Virus record (IMG/VR): IMGVR_UViG_3300022407_006288
Span: 66,873-130,872 of that record
Source of the DNA: a virus
DNA length: 64,000 nt
Direction: 5' to 3' (one strand)
The notes below the pieces were generated by a model, which had not been told where the DNA came from, did not search any database, and was given only the letters and a program-made list of their open reading frames with translations. Both the position numbers and the translations under genes were made by a program. Below, piece after piece: positions 53,790 to 64,000 of the stretch; within the stretch, counting starts at the first letter, position 1, and the number at the start of each line of letters is the position of its first letter.

Positions 53790-54674
53790 GTGTGTAATGT
53801 GGATGTCTCATATCATAAAATGTATCTTTATAGCCATGTTTGGGAATTGCTGGCACTCGATGATAATCCATGCTTTTGCAGAGGCGATAACGGACCAATG
53901 AATAATAGTACACCACTCAAAGCACATAAAGGCTTGGATAATAAATTAATTTTTAGAGTTCTAAGTCCCGATAGAGCACCAGTTGATATTGCGTTTAATC
54001 AACAGGTATACGGGAGAATCATTGATCCCGAGAACAGAATGGTAGTATTAGAAAAACTATGTAGACTTGGTCCGGCAAAAGGCATCATTACTCTCGAACT
54101 TGATTCAGGAGATATTACCGATATACATGCAGGATTATACGAAATAGTTTTAATTAGAACCGAAGACTTTGTGGAAAATATTCCGGGCTATTATATTGAG
54201 AAGCCTTTATACAGTGACATGGACGATAATGTTGCAATGCAACTTGAAATTACGGAGCAGGCATTTAAGGCACCCTTAGATAGTATTACTATACTACCAG
54301 AAAATTGGACACCGGATATTATTGTTTCGACATTTGGTGCACCTGCTCCATGCTTTTATACATCACGTATACCTGGTGCAAGAGTATTAAATCATAAAGA
54401 ATCTGTACATTCTTTTTCAACATATACCTTAAATGCTACGGGTATCTTGGAAATATGGGGCACTCTGGAAGAAACCCCAGATGCTTATTTAAATGACACA
54501 CGTTGGTTCAAGATATATCCGTCATCCATGTCCGTGGATATTGAATATGTGGGATATACTGGTACACAAGCATGGACCTTCAGTGCAAACGTGATGTGGC
54601 TCAAATTCCGTTGGTTCCCTTCTCAACAGGTTCTAGATCCCGGAATATTACAGAAACTTATTGTAAGAACATAA
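53790..54674 (+). CDS. Hypothetical late/structural protein
   Basis: GATAAATA and AAGGAG upstream; beta-rich. Confidence 0.65.
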   Translation: MCNVDVSYHKMYLYSHVWELLALDDNPCFCRGDNGPMNNSTPLKAHKGLDNKLIFRVLSPDRAPVDIAFNQQVYGRIIDPENRMVVLEKLCRLGPAKGIITLELDSGDITDIHAGLYEIVLIRTEDFVENIPGYYIEKPLYSDMDDNVAMQLEITEQAFKAPLDSITILPENWTPDIIVSTFGAPAPCFYTSRIPGARVLNHKESVHSFSTYTLNATGILEIWGTLEETPDAYLNDTRWFKIYPSSMSVDIEYVGYTGTQAWTFSANVMWLKFRWFPSQQVLDPGILQKLIVRT

Positions 54675-54721
54675 TATAGATAAAATTTGATTTTTATCAA
54701 CATTTCAGTTATACTCGCTAA

Positions 54722-55786
54722 ATGATTATAGATATCATTACTGAAGCAATAAGATCAAACATTGGCAGTTTAAAAAGCGCACCCAAAGGTTGGCAAAAAA
54801 GAAATTGTCCACTATGCCCAACTCAAGGGCATAGCGTGGACACACGCGGCCGATTCGGTATTCAGTTTAATGCCACATCCGTTGCAATGAACTGCTTTAA
54901 TTGTGGCTTCAGTTCAGGATACACAGAGGGTAAAGAACTTTCAAAATCATTTAAATTTTTCTTACATCAACTTCATGTCAATGAACGACTTGTTGAGCAA
55001 ATTGAATTTGAAATATTTAAAGCACAAAATAAGATTCATTCCGTTAGAGAAGGCGACGAAGATCGTCCCGAAGATAAAGAAACAAGACTTAAGAAATTAT
55101 TTCAAAAATGGCAACCGCTAGAATTACCGGATGAATCATTATCAATACAACAATGGTTAGAACATGGATTAACTGATGCAGATTTTTTAAAAGTTGTTGA
55201 GTATGCCTTAAGTAGAAAAATATTTGATTTAGATAAGTTTTATTGGTCGCCAAATACACAGCATAATTTGCATCAGCGTATACTTATACCATACTATTAT
55301 AAAAATAAAATTGTGGGATTTACAGCTAGATTATGTTATGATCCACCCAATAAATCCGTACCCAAATACTTTCAACAATGCCCCACAGACTTTGTCTATA
55401 ATTTAGATAATCAGCAGGAATGGGCACGTAAATATGTTATAGTTAACGAAGGCGTACTGGATGCATGGGCAGTAGACGGTGTGGGTATTTTGGGTGAAAT
55501 AGGCCAATCAAAAATAGATATTATTAATCGATTACAAAAACAAGTAATTGTTTGTCCGGATAGAGACAAAAAGGGGTGGGATTTAGTTGATATTGCAATT
55601 AAAAACAATTGGGCAGTATCATTCCCAAGGTGGGACATAAATATCAAGGATGCAGCAAAGGCAGCTGAAAAGTATGGTAGATTATTAACCACACATTCTA
55701 TTATTTCATCAGCAGTATCGGGTAAAGAAAAAATACAATTAAAATGGGAAATTGAAGCTAATGTCAGACAACGCAAGCGAAATTAA
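54722..55786 (+). CDS. DNA primase (zinc finger + TOPRIM)
   Basis: CPLC...CFNC zinc finger; EGVLDA, PDRD..G, KDAA. Confidence 0.92.
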   Translation: MIIDIITEAIRSNIGSLKSAPKGWQKRNCPLCPTQGHSVDTRGRFGIQFNATSVAMNCFNCGFSSGYTEGKELSKSFKFFLHQLHVNERLVEQIEFEIFKAQNKIHSVREGDEDRPEDKETRLKKLFQKWQPLELPDESLSIQQWLEHGLTDADFLKVVEYALSRKIFDLDKFYWSPNTQHNLHQRILIPYYYKNKIVGFTARLCYDPPNKSVPKYFQQCPTDFVYNLDNQQEWARKYVIVNEGVLDAWAVDGVGILGEIGQSKIDIINRLQKQVIVCPDRDKKGWDLVDIAIKNNWAVSFPRWDINIKDAAKAAEKYGRLLTTHSIISSAVSGKEKIQLKWEIEANVRQRKRN

Positions 55787-57194
55787 AGATTATAACAAAG
55801 AAGTAGAAGACCTGTTCATTAGTTTTATGATGAGCAAACAGGACTTGTTTGTTCGATGCAAAGGTATTTTGAAATCTCAGTATTTTGATGACAAGCAAAA
55901 TAGGGACACAGTTGCCTTTATAGAAAGTTATAGCAGTGATTTTGCTAAAATTCCATCCCTTGATGAAATCAAGGCAATAACCGGTAAAGAAATTAAAATC
56001 ATGGAAGTTGAGGCAGCTCAACATGATTTATGGTTCTTGAGGGAATTTGAAAGTTTTTGTCAGCACAAAGCCCTGCGTGATGCAATTTTGGCATCCCCGC
56101 AAAAACTTGACGAAGGAAAATACGGTGAAGTATTGGCAGAAATTAAGACTGCTGTTGAGATTGCATTGGTAAAAGACCTAGGACTAGATTATTATGCGGA
56201 TCCCAAGTCTAGACTGGAATCTCTAAAAGAAAACAAGGGACAGATTCCCACTTATTGGAAAATTGTAGATGAAAAACTTTTTGGTGGGCTAAATCGGGGA
56301 GAAATTACAATTTTTGCAGGCCAGTCCGGCGCAGGCAAAAGTTTATTCTTGCAAAATCTTGCAGTTAACTGGGCATTGGCGGGATTGAATGTTGTGTATC
56401 TTTCACTTGAACTTAGCGAAAAACTTTGTGCGTTACGAGTTGATGCAATGCATACCAATTATGAAACAAGAGATGTTATGAAAAATATTGACGATGTGCA
56501 TATGAAAATTCGTGCATCACAGCAAAAGAGTCATGGGTCACTTCGTATCAAACAGTTGCCCAATGGCTGTACATCAAATGATATACGTGCTTATATCAAA
56601 GAATATGAAATTTTTGCCAATAGAAAAGTAGATGCAATTCTAGTTGATTATCTGGATCTTATGTTTCCCATGTCAAAGAAAATCTCAGCAGAAAATTTAT
56701 TCGTCAAGGACAAGTATGTGACTGAAGAATTGCGTAACCTTGCAGTTGAACTTGATATATTGTGTGTGTCAGCATCTCAGTTAAATCGTGGATCGTATGA
56801 AGAAAGTGATTATGATCCCAGTCACATTGCAGGCGGTATTTCAAAAGTCAATACCGCTGACAATGTAATTGGCATTTTTACCAGTGCTGCAATGAAGGAA
56901 AGTGGCAGATATCAAATTCAGTTTATGAAAACACGTTCAAGTTCTGGGGTTGGATCAAGAGTTGATTTGGCATTTAACAACAGGACTTTGAAAATTTATG
57001 ATCTTGATGAAAACAGTGACAATGCTGTAACAGCAACAACAAGAAATATCTACGAACAGTTAAAGAACAAAAGTGTTGTTAAATCTGGTGAAAATGGGGA
57101 ACCCGGTGCAGCCACAAAAATGACGGGATATGAGCGAAAAGTCAATCCCCTGGAAGGTGCTACTGCATTATTGGATTTAATTAAGAAAAGATAG
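55761..57194 (+). CDS. dnaB: Replicative DnaB-like helicase (T4 gp41-like)
   Basis: GQSGAGKS, SLELSE, LVDYLDL, ASQLNR, QFMKTR. Confidence 0.95.
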   Translation: MSDNASEIKDYNKEVEDLFISFMMSKQDLFVRCKGILKSQYFDDKQNRDTVAFIESYSSDFAKIPSLDEIKAITGKEIKIMEVEAAQHDLWFLREFESFCQHKALRDAILASPQKLDEGKYGEVLAEIKTAVEIALVKDLGLDYYADPKSRLESLKENKGQIPTYWKIVDEKLFGGLNRGEITIFAGQSGAGKSLFLQNLAVNWALAGLNVVYLSLELSEKLCALRVDAMHTNYETRDVMKNIDDVHMKIRASQQKSHGSLRIKQLPNGCTSNDIRAYIKEYEIFANRKVDAILVDYLDLMFPMSKKISAENLFVKDKYVTEELRNLAVELDILCVSASQLNRGSYEESDYDPSHIAGGISKVNTADNVIGIFTSAAMKESGRYQIQFMKTRSSSGVGSRVDLAFNNRTLKIYDLDENSDNAVTATTRNIYEQLKNKSVVKSGENGEPGAATKMTGYERKVNPLEGATALLDLIKKR

Positions 57195-57225
57195 ATAAAT
57201 ACAAAACATAAACGGAGACTTCAAA

Positions 57226-57507
57226 TTGTCTATTAATCGAAGAAGCAAGTCCATACTAGAAGAAATTAGTTCGTATGTTCCTCAAAAAAGCAAAGAGGAA
57301 CTTATTGAGGCAAGGGCTCAGCATATTATAGTTTCCGCAATCAATTTATTAGAATCAATTGAATATGCATTTACACCCGAAGAGGCAGAATCTTTAAAGA
57401 AGCGATTTATTTCAAGTATTCGTGGTGCCGACCCCAATCGTTTTACTAGAATGCTAAAGCGTGTTAAAAACGGTTGTGAAGACGACGAGGACTTTGATAC
57501 CAACTAA
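57226..57507 (+). CDS. Conserved hypothetical protein
   Basis: TTG start with GGAG; late promoter 57194-57201. Confidence 0.75.
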   Translation: MSINRRSKSILEEISSYVPQKSKEELIEARAQHIIVSAINLLESIEYAFTPEEAESLKKRFISSIRGADPNRFTRMLKRVKNGCEDDEDFDTN

Positions 57508-57545
57508 TATAGGATTATAATCTGTTTTAGATTATTAATAAATTT

Positions 57546-58652
57546 ATGAATTTACATGATATAATATCAGAAGAGCAGTTATCTAATATTTTAGATAAAT
57601 CTACAAAACTGAATGCAGTACTTGGAGAATCCTCTGCACAAGTTATTATGGAAGATGAATTAACTAAAGATCAGATAGAAAAATTGTTTATTTCAATTGA
57701 ACAAATAGTAAATCGGCCAGTTACTGAGGGTATGTGGGGTTCTATTAAGAATGTAGCAGGTAAAGCTGCTGGTGCAGTCTCCAATACAGTAAAAAATATG
57801 ACCACTACGGTCACTGCTGATAAATTAATGAAATTATGGACAAAAAATGGTTCTCCAACAAATAACAACGATATTGCAAAATTATTATACAATAATAAAA
57901 TACCGATTGAGGTAATAAAGCAGTCATTTAATTCACTAAATATTCCACTGCCGTTTAAATCCAAAGATGAAAAATCAGCAGATACTACGAATACATCTAC
58001 AATATCTGCCGGTAGTGGTGCATTTTCCCAAATGGCAGGGCAATTGGGTAATACATCCACTACTAGCACGGGTGGTGAAGTTACAAAAACTCCTACAGGC
58101 ATAAAACATACTTCATCAGCAAATTTACCAATTAAAAAATTAGAAAAAAATTGGATACAATATCTCAAAAGCAGTCAAATTGTTCAGCTAAAATCCGATC
58201 CCGAAACTGGTAAACTTGCGTATAAAAGACCTGTAAAACTTGACGATGTAACACGCTTTTTAAGTAGTGAAGGATACGAGGATGAGCAAATCGAAACAGC
58301 ACTATCTTTTGTTAAACTAGCAGGAAAACCAGTAGCACCAGTAGCACCAGCAGCCGCTACTTCAGCCTCATCTACCACCACGCCACCTGTTACAAAAGGC
58401 AGAGTGGGCAGAAAGCCCGGTGCTGCTCCGAGTCAGACACCCGATGCTATTAGGAAACGAGAAGCCAGGCAAAAAAAGAAAGCAGGAGTTACAGAAGATT
58501 TTACTGACAAGTCAGTTGAAGTAAGCGAGCAAGATGTTGAAAAAATATTTGCAGAATTATTAAAATCAAAGCCTGTATCGGAAAATGCCAAGCAACTTGA
58601 CAGAATTTTGCAGTTAGCAGGCATTTACAAACCAGTTAATAATTCCTTTTAA
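57546..58652 (+). CDS. Hypothetical virion-associated protein
   Basis: Low-complexity T/S/A linkers; RILQLAGI motif. Confidence 0.65.
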   Translation: MNLHDIISEEQLSNILDKSTKLNAVLGESSAQVIMEDELTKDQIEKLFISIEQIVNRPVTEGMWGSIKNVAGKAAGAVSNTVKNMTTTVTADKLMKLWTKNGSPTNNNDIAKLLYNNKIPIEVIKQSFNSLNIPLPFKSKDEKSADTTNTSTISAGSGAFSQMAGQLGNTSTTSTGGEVTKTPTGIKHTSSANLPIKKLEKNWIQYLKSSQIVQLKSDPETGKLAYKRPVKLDDVTRFLSSEGYEDEQIETALSFVKLAGKPVAPVAPAAATSASSTTTPPVTKGRVGRKPGAAPSQTPDAIRKREARQKKKAGVTEDFTDKSVEVSEQDVEKIFAELLKSKPVSENAKQLDRILQLAGIYKPVNNSF

Positions 58653-58710
58653 ATGATAAATAAGTTTGTGAATAGGATTAACCTATCAAAAAACCAAGGA
58701 GATATTTAAA

Positions 58711-59295
58711 ATGACACAAAAAGTAAATGGCGCCGCATATCCAGGCATTTGGGTTGAGAAACAAGTTACATTTGTTAAGCTAACATTCAGCACAAACATT
58801 GCAGCACTTGCAAACACCAGCTTGTATGAGCTAGGCACAACTACGCAAACAAGTACAGGCACAGTTGCAGATTCAACTTTTGCTATTGTTGAGAGCGCAA
58901 TTGTTCAGGCTCTTAAGACTCTAGAAACAACAGCTACTGTTCTTGGCGTTTCCAAGTACAATGTTGCTGCACGTTCTGTTGACGTCATGCTAGGCTATGC
59001 TGAAGGTTGGTTCTCAGACAATGCTGGATCAATTGCAGCAGGTCTTCCAGTTCTAAATGCTGAAGCTATCATTACTGCAGCTGGTTCAGCAGCAGCTGAT
59101 GCTGTTGGTGTATTAGTTAGCGTTAAGCCAAATGCTGTTACGTTCGCTATGGACTTTGCAACCTTTGACGGTACAATGGCAGTTGCTACAGCAGCCAATG
59201 GTGACCTAATGGATGGCCCAGGCGCAACCCCAGGCTCAGCAGCTTACCCGAACGGTCAGCAAGGTTACTACCCAGTTGCACTTTCAGAAGCTTAA
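58711..59295 (+). CDS. Virion structural protein
   Basis: Late promoter 58655-58662, AAGGAG, strong terminator 59316-59340; MTQKVNG start. Confidence 0.7.
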   Translation: MTQKVNGAAYPGIWVEKQVTFVKLTFSTNIAALANTSLYELGTTTQTSTGTVADSTFAIVESAIVQALKTLETTATVLGVSKYNVAARSVDVMLGYAEGWFSDNAGSIAAGLPVLNAEAIITAAGSAAADAVGVLVSVKPNAVTFAMDFATFDGTMAVATAANGDLMDGPGATPGSAAYPNGQQGYYPVALSEA

Positions 59296-59315
59296 TAGCC
59301 ACTGTAGTTCAAATA

Positions 59316-59340
59316 AAAAGACTCTTCGGAGTCTTTTTTT
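59316..59340 (+). terminator. Intrinsic terminator
   Basis: AAAAAGACTC-TTCG-GAGTCTTTTTTT. Confidence 0.88.
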
Positions 59341-59451
59341 ATTGATAAAAAATTTTCTTATATGATAAATAATGTAGTTCGACAAAATACATAATTTTTG
59401 TTTAAAAAACAAATACTGATTCTATTAAAAATCAGACATAAGGAGATCAAA

Positions 59452-60030
59452 ATGGCAGCATTTAAGGTTAATGGCGGAATTATCAATCAACAGACACTGA
59501 CCGGTGGACTTAGATTTTTTAAAATAACTGGTCCTTTTGCATGGACAGTTTCAGACGGTACTGTAAATTTACCAGTTTCTGTATCAGGCGGTGCTGTAAC
59601 AGCAACTACATATTTTGTAGTTGGCAACAATGCTCCAGTACCAAACAGCGCAGCAGAGCTTGCACTACAAGAAATTAGCAAACAGGCCGGCATTGTGTTA
59701 ATTGGTTTGGTTCCAGATTTGTATGCGGATACAACAGCAATACATATTGGAGTTTCAGCATCAGCACTGGGATGGGGTTCAAATTACCCGGATTATCAGA
59801 CGCCTCCTGCTGACACAGACGAAGAACAATTGCCCACTTCCCCTACACACGCAGCAATTGAACTGCAAGCTGCGATTCGTGCATTACCAGATGCAACTGT
59901 GTATGTTTCAGTTGGCGCAGTGCCTGACCAGGCTGCTACGCCGGTTACAGCAACTGCTAGTTTTTCTGCGGTAACAGTAACTGAAGTTTCATTCTCGCTG
60001 GGTTCTTTAACTTACTATAACTTAGCATAA
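59452..60030 (+). CDS. Virion structural protein
   Basis: ATG 59452 with AAGGAG; MAAFKVNGG start resembles 58711. Confidence 0.7.
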   Translation: MAAFKVNGGIINQQTLTGGLRFFKITGPFAWTVSDGTVNLPVSVSGGAVTATTYFVVGNNAPVPNSAAELALQEISKQAGIVLIGLVPDLYADTTAIHIGVSASALGWGSNYPDYQTPPADTDEEQLPTSPTHAAIELQAAIRALPDATVYVSVGAVPDQAATPVTATASFSAVTVTEVSFSLGSLTYYNLA

Positions 60031-60120
60031 TATTTTTTAAAGTATAATTCTGTTAAACTCTCACAAACTAGATAAATATACTGTATATTCTTTTAACCTA
60101 TCAACACAAAGGAAACAACA

Positions 60121-60253
60121 TATGTCAGTTACACTTTCTAATCTAACCATGTCCAGAGTATCTGCTGGTACCAGCGGATCAACACCACCTGCCGGTGATC
60201 CATATTGGAGCAGTGTGAGTCTTTTAACAGAGACCACCAGTACCAATACACAA
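60121..60253 (+). repeat. 133-bp direct repeat (second copy 61520-61652)
   Basis: Identical except 3 nt; encodes shared N-termini of the two LamG proteins. Confidence 0.9.
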
Positions 60254-61495
60254 AATAATAATGTATTTTTAGATAGCAGTACAAATAATTTTACTGTTTC
60301 TGCGGCGGGATCATTGACACAAGGATCATTCAGTCCTTTTGCAGTAGCAAATGGCGCTAGTTATAGCGCAGCAACCAATGGCGGTAGTGCCGGGTCTTTC
60401 GCTAATGGGCAACTAACATTTACTGAACAAACAATATCAGGTGATTTTACAGCCGAGTGTTGGTTTTATAGAACTGGGGATGCGGCAGCGTATTCTATAA
60501 TCTTTGCTGGCAGCAATGTCTTAGCCGGCGGTTCGCAAAATTGCCAATTATATGTTGGAAATGATGGTTCTGTGACGCTTATACTTGCCGCCACGGCAAT
60601 TATATCCAATGCCGGTACAGCGGTTACAGCCGGCGCATGGCATCACATTGTTTGGGTTAAATCAGGAACAAGTGCAGCAATTTTTGTAAATGGTATACGT
60701 GTTGGCACAGGTACTACATCTGCCAATCTTATGTGTGCGGCAATTTCTGGAGGTAATGCAAGCGCAAGTTACTACGCCCAAGGTTACCTGTCAGACTGTA
60801 GAATTGTAAATTCAGCAGTTTATAATCCGTCAAATAGTACTATTACTGTGCCTACTGCACCATTAACTGCAATTACTAACACAAGTTTGCTATTGAACTT
60901 TACCAATGCAGGTATCTATGATGCTGCTGCCGAGAATAATATGCTTACAGTAGCAGATGCACAAGTCAGCACCACACAAGCCAAGTTCGGTACTACTTCA
61001 ATGAAGTTTGATGGCACAGGCGATAATGTAAGTATGCCAAGCTCTAGTAATTTCGACTTTGGGTCCGGTGATTTTACCATTGAGTCATGGATTTATGTTT
61101 CTTCATATGTAACCAGCAGTGCTATTATTAGCAAGGGTTCAAATGGGCCGTTCTTAATTTTTCTGGGTGAACAAAATGAAATTGCATTCTATTCAAGCAC
61201 GAACGGTTCAAGCTGGGCAGTGGCGGATTTAAGAATTGCGACCTCTTACGCAACTAACACATGGCATCATATTGCCGTAACAAGATCTGGGTCTACAGTT
61301 AGAACCTTTTTTAACGGTGTTTTAGCCAATAGCACAACTCTAACTGGTGCAGTATTCAGCAATTCGACTGATGTCTCTGTTGGTAGGTACACTAACACCT
61401 TTGATGGTTATATTCAAGACCTTCGCGTCACCAAGGGTGTAGCTCGTTATACAGCTAATTTTGCAGCACCCACAGAACCTTTCCCTACTAACTAA
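60122..61495 (+). CDS. LamG/concanavalin-like tandem-domain fibre protein, paralog 1
   Basis: GDFTAECWFY, WHHI, FGSGDFTIESWIY, FDGYIQDLRVTKGVARY. Confidence 0.88.
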   Translation: MSVTLSNLTMSRVSAGTSGSTPPAGDPYWSSVSLLTETTSTNTQNNNVFLDSSTNNFTVSAAGSLTQGSFSPFAVANGASYSAATNGGSAGSFANGQLTFTEQTISGDFTAECWFYRTGDAAAYSIIFAGSNVLAGGSQNCQLYVGNDGSVTLILAATAIISNAGTAVTAGAWHHIVWVKSGTSAAIFVNGIRVGTGTTSANLMCAAISGGNASASYYAQGYLSDCRIVNSAVYNPSNSTITVPTAPLTAITNTSLLLNFTNAGIYDAAAENNMLTVADAQVSTTQAKFGTTSMKFDGTGDNVSMPSSSNFDFGSGDFTIESWIYVSSYVTSSAIISKGSNGPFLIFLGEQNEIAFYSSTNGSSWAVADLRIATSYATNTWHHIAVTRSGSTVRTFFNGVLANSTTLTGAVFSNSTDVSVGRYTNTFDGYIQDLRVTKGVARYTANFAAPTEPFPTN

Positions 61496-61520
61496 AATAT
61501 CAACCTAAAGGAAAACAATT

Positions 61521-62888
61521 ATGTCAGTTACACTTTCTAATCTAACCATGTCTAACGTATCTGCTGGTACCAGCGGATCAACACCACCTGCCGGTGATCC
61601 ATATTGGAGCAGTGTGAGTCTTTTAACAGAGACCACCAGTACCAATACACAAGCTAATCTTGAATTTTTAGATTCATCCATAAATAACTTCACAATTACA
61701 AATACCAACGGTGGATATACACAAGGCACATTTAGCCCAGTATCTGGTGGCCATAGTGCCCATGCTGGCGGCAACTTTTGCAGACTGGATCTTGCAAACT
61801 TCACATATGCTACCGGTAACTTCACTATTGAAGCATGGGTATATCCAACCGAAACTAATACCAATATGACTATTTTTGCACAATCTAATGCAAATAATCT
61901 TAACACCGGTGCTTTTAGAATTGAATCAGACAATGCATTAACATATACTTATTATACAGATTCGGGTGGCGGATCCGCGGTTGCGTTCCAGGGAGGCACA
62001 ATTTCCCCAAATGTCTGGACTCACGTTGCTGTTTCACGCAGTGGCACAACAACCAAACTGTTTGTTAATGGTACAGTTGTTAATACTGCCACCATTGCCA
62101 CAATGTATCAAAGTGCTTCCGGATCAGCTGTTGGTAGTTACGCCACCACCAACGTTTCACCGTTTTACGGATACCTATCAGATGTGCGTGTGACCACCGC
62201 AGCAGTTTATACTGGTAACTTCTCAGTGCCAACTGCGCCACTAACTGCAATCTCCGGCACACAGTTACTGTTGAGTTTTGACAATGCAGGTATCTATGAT
62301 GCTGCTGCCAAGAACAATATGTTCACAGCAGGAAACACACAAGTCAGCACAGCACAGGCAAAGTTTGGTACAACATCAATCAATCTCGATGGCACAGGCG
62401 ATACTTTGTATGCTGCTCAACCTAGTAGTAATTTTGCCTTTGGTACAGGTGACTTTACTGTAGAAGGATGGGTTTATGTTTCTGCAGCAACACCTACTGC
62501 GGGAGGCGTATTTCAGCAAGGTACCACTTTGTTCCCTGCCGACACTGTAAACAGCGTGGCATTTGGCACAGTAACTGCCGGGCAGACATGGCAAATATAT
62601 GCAGGCAATGCCCCGTCCACTTCAGCAACTACATGGACTACTGGCACTTGGTATAACTTTGCCGTGGTCAGATCAAGTGGAACCACCAAGCTATACATTG
62701 ATGGTGTATCAGTAATTTCATTAGCAGATACTGTCAATTATACCGGAACTTACATGGGCATGGGTGCAATATATGGTGCAGCACCTTATAACCTAAACGG
62801 TTACATACAGGATTTCCGCGTTACCAAGGGCGTGGCTCGTTACACCGCCAACTTCACTCCTTCAGCACAACCTTTCCCTACTAACTAA
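61521..62888 (+). CDS. LamG/concanavalin-like tandem-domain fibre protein, paralog 2
   Basis: GNFTIEAWVY, WTHVAVSR, GTGDFTVEGWVY, NGYIQDFRVTKGVARY. Confidence 0.88.
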   Translation: MSVTLSNLTMSNVSAGTSGSTPPAGDPYWSSVSLLTETTSTNTQANLEFLDSSINNFTITNTNGGYTQGTFSPVSGGHSAHAGGNFCRLDLANFTYATGNFTIEAWVYPTETNTNMTIFAQSNANNLNTGAFRIESDNALTYTYYTDSGGGSAVAFQGGTISPNVWTHVAVSRSGTTTKLFVNGTVVNTATIATMYQSASGSAVGSYATTNVSPFYGYLSDVRVTTAAVYTGNFSVPTAPLTAISGTQLLLSFDNAGIYDAAAKNNMFTAGNTQVSTAQAKFGTTSINLDGTGDTLYAAQPSSNFAFGTGDFTVEGWVYVSAATPTAGGVFQQGTTLFPADTVNSVAFGTVTAGQTWQIYAGNAPSTSATTWTTGTWYNFAVVRSSGTTKLYIDGVSVISLADTVNYTGTYMGMGAIYGAAPYNLNGYIQDFRVTKGVARYTANFTPSAQPFPTN

Positions 62889-62905
62889 AAATTAGTACAG
62901 GAATC

Positions 62906-62934
62906 AAAAAAAGGGCACCCGGGTGCCCTTTTTT
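62906..62934 (+). terminator. Intrinsic terminator
   Basis: AAAAAAGGGCACCCGGGTGCCCTTTTTT. Confidence 0.88.
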
Positions 62935-63053
62935 ATTGGCACCAATTTTAAATTTAATGATAAATATAAGAATATTTGAAAATTGTATTTAACTGCCGTT
63001 TTGTGCTTGCACACTAACAAATTACCGGTAAATACAAAAAATAAGGATTTACC

Positions 63054-63554
63054 ATGGTTTTAAAAATTCACGGTGCAGCTTCGGCAATGCAAAATCTCAC
63101 CGCAGACTTGCAGTATTATGTCTGCTATGCATCCTCGCCGGGCGCATTTACGGATCCTAATCCCAATCCTCCGCCTAATCAAGAAATAGCCAGACTTGTT
63201 AACATTCAAGTTACGGGCCGCCCATTAGATCAAAGTCAAAAAAACTTTGAAGTATTTTTAATGAGTATTGGCCTACGAGCCATGCCAGTTATTCTTGCAG
63301 ATCCTATTGCCGTATTGCAGCTTGCTGATTATACAACACAACTTTCCGGAGAGGGATTTATGTGGAAGTTCGCAGTCGAACGAGGTGTTCAGTTTTTTAA
63401 TTTTACTCCATACGGCACACCTGGGCCCGTGGGTCTGCTTATTGATGACTTAAATGGGGTTATTATTCCAAGCGGTGTACGTATTACAACAGTTACGGGA
63501 AGTCCGTCCGGTTGGGCGCAGAATGTTGCATTTTATAGAATGGATTCTATATAA
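63054..63554 (+). CDS. Virion structural protein
   Basis: Late promoter 62959-62966, AAGGA; M..KIHG start. Confidence 0.7.
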   Translation: MVLKIHGAASAMQNLTADLQYYVCYASSPGAFTDPNPNPPPNQEIARLVNIQVTGRPLDQSQKNFEVFLMSIGLRAMPVILADPIAVLQLADYTTQLSGEGFMWKFAVERGVQFFNFTPYGTPGPVGLLIDDLNGVIIPSGVRITTVTGSPSGWAQNVAFYRMDSI

Positions 63555-63568
63555 CAGGAGTAGTTATT

Positions 63569-64000
63569 ATGATGCGTAATGATTTAAAAATAAGATCTCT
63601 CATGTACGGGGACATTGTTGACCACTTGGCAAAAAATAAAAACATTAGTATTACTGAGGCAAGAACTCTTGTTTCTAAAATGTCTTTTAGGGAATATACA
63701 GCAATAGTTGAGGTAATTACACCTCCGTCGGGACAGGCAATTGGGCCGGCTGCTTCAACACCTAAACAAGCAACAAAAGCTCCCACACCGGGAACGTCAT
63801 CAATAACATCTATTTGGCCCGGCGGCAATGCTCCGGTTGAAAAAGGCATGACAGTTGGCACAGCCGGCCCCAACAATACACCAGTTCCGGGCACAGTGTC
63901 TCAAGTTGACATGCAAGCTAAGGGTGTTAAAATAAAAAATCCAACAACCGGAAAAGAAGAGTGGCAAAATATTGATACACTTCAACCTTTTGCAGCATTC
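63569..64000 (+). CDS. Hypothetical protein (truncated by window end)
   Basis: AGGAG RBS; MMRNDLKIRSLMYGDIVDHL... open to the end. Confidence 0.7.
   Translation, partial: MMRNDLKIRSLMYGDIVDHLAKNKNISITEARTLVSKMSFREYTAIVEVITPPSGQAIGPAASTPKQATKAPTPGTSSITSIWPGGNAPVEKGMTVGTAGPNNTPVPGTVSQVDMQAKGVKIKNPTTGKEEWQNIDTLQPFAAF

Noticed and set aside
25263-62737. Many short overlapping antisense or alternate-frame track ORFs within core genes
   Set aside because: They are fully nested in well-supported genes, lack RBSs and show no recognisable motifs.
1-64000. Stop-codon reassignment (code 15 or 4), common in jumbo phages
   Set aside because: Core genes are full length in the standard code; TAG and TGA act as genuine stops; no suppressor tRNA seen.
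1-64000. CRISPR array, DGR, introns or inteins in core genes
   Set aside because: No regularly spaced repeats, no reverse transcriptase, and terminase, helicases and UvsX have normal lengths.

Overview
This 64-kb window (AT-rich, standard genetic code, almost all genes on the + strand) comes from a large T4-like myovirus ('jumbo'-type). The Rz/Rz1 spanins and outer-membrane beta-barrel point to a Gram-negative host, and the desaturase and ice-binding domain hint at a cold aquatic habitat. The right half (about 26-64 kb) is the conserved core. It holds rIIA/rIIB, neck, dNMP kinase, tail sheath and tube, head completion, terminase, gp32 SSB, UvsX/UvsY/UvsW, a stand-alone 197-aa DnaE-like catalytic fragment, primase, DnaB helicase and LamG fibre proteins. 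The left half is accessory. It holds ClpS, spanins, a circularly permuted (two-piece) tmRNA, 8 tRNAs, an RNA ligase, envelope-modifying enzymes and a 4-Cys CDGSH variant. The best candidate for an undescribed system lies at 15.3-23.2 kb. A LuxR regulator with two aspartate-less receiver domains precedes two duplicated Ala/Thr/Asn/Gln-rich proteins and Gly/Tyr-rich micropeptides that share a 26-aa C-terminal motif. These are followed by a collagen-like protein, an apparently circularly permuted ice-binding domain inserted in a BclA-like domain, a HiPIP-domain protein, a spore-associated-type four-helix protein and a papain-like protease. I infer a phage-encoded coat/matrix (exosporium- or occlusion-like) assembly module. 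All family assignments are by motif recognition, without database searches.
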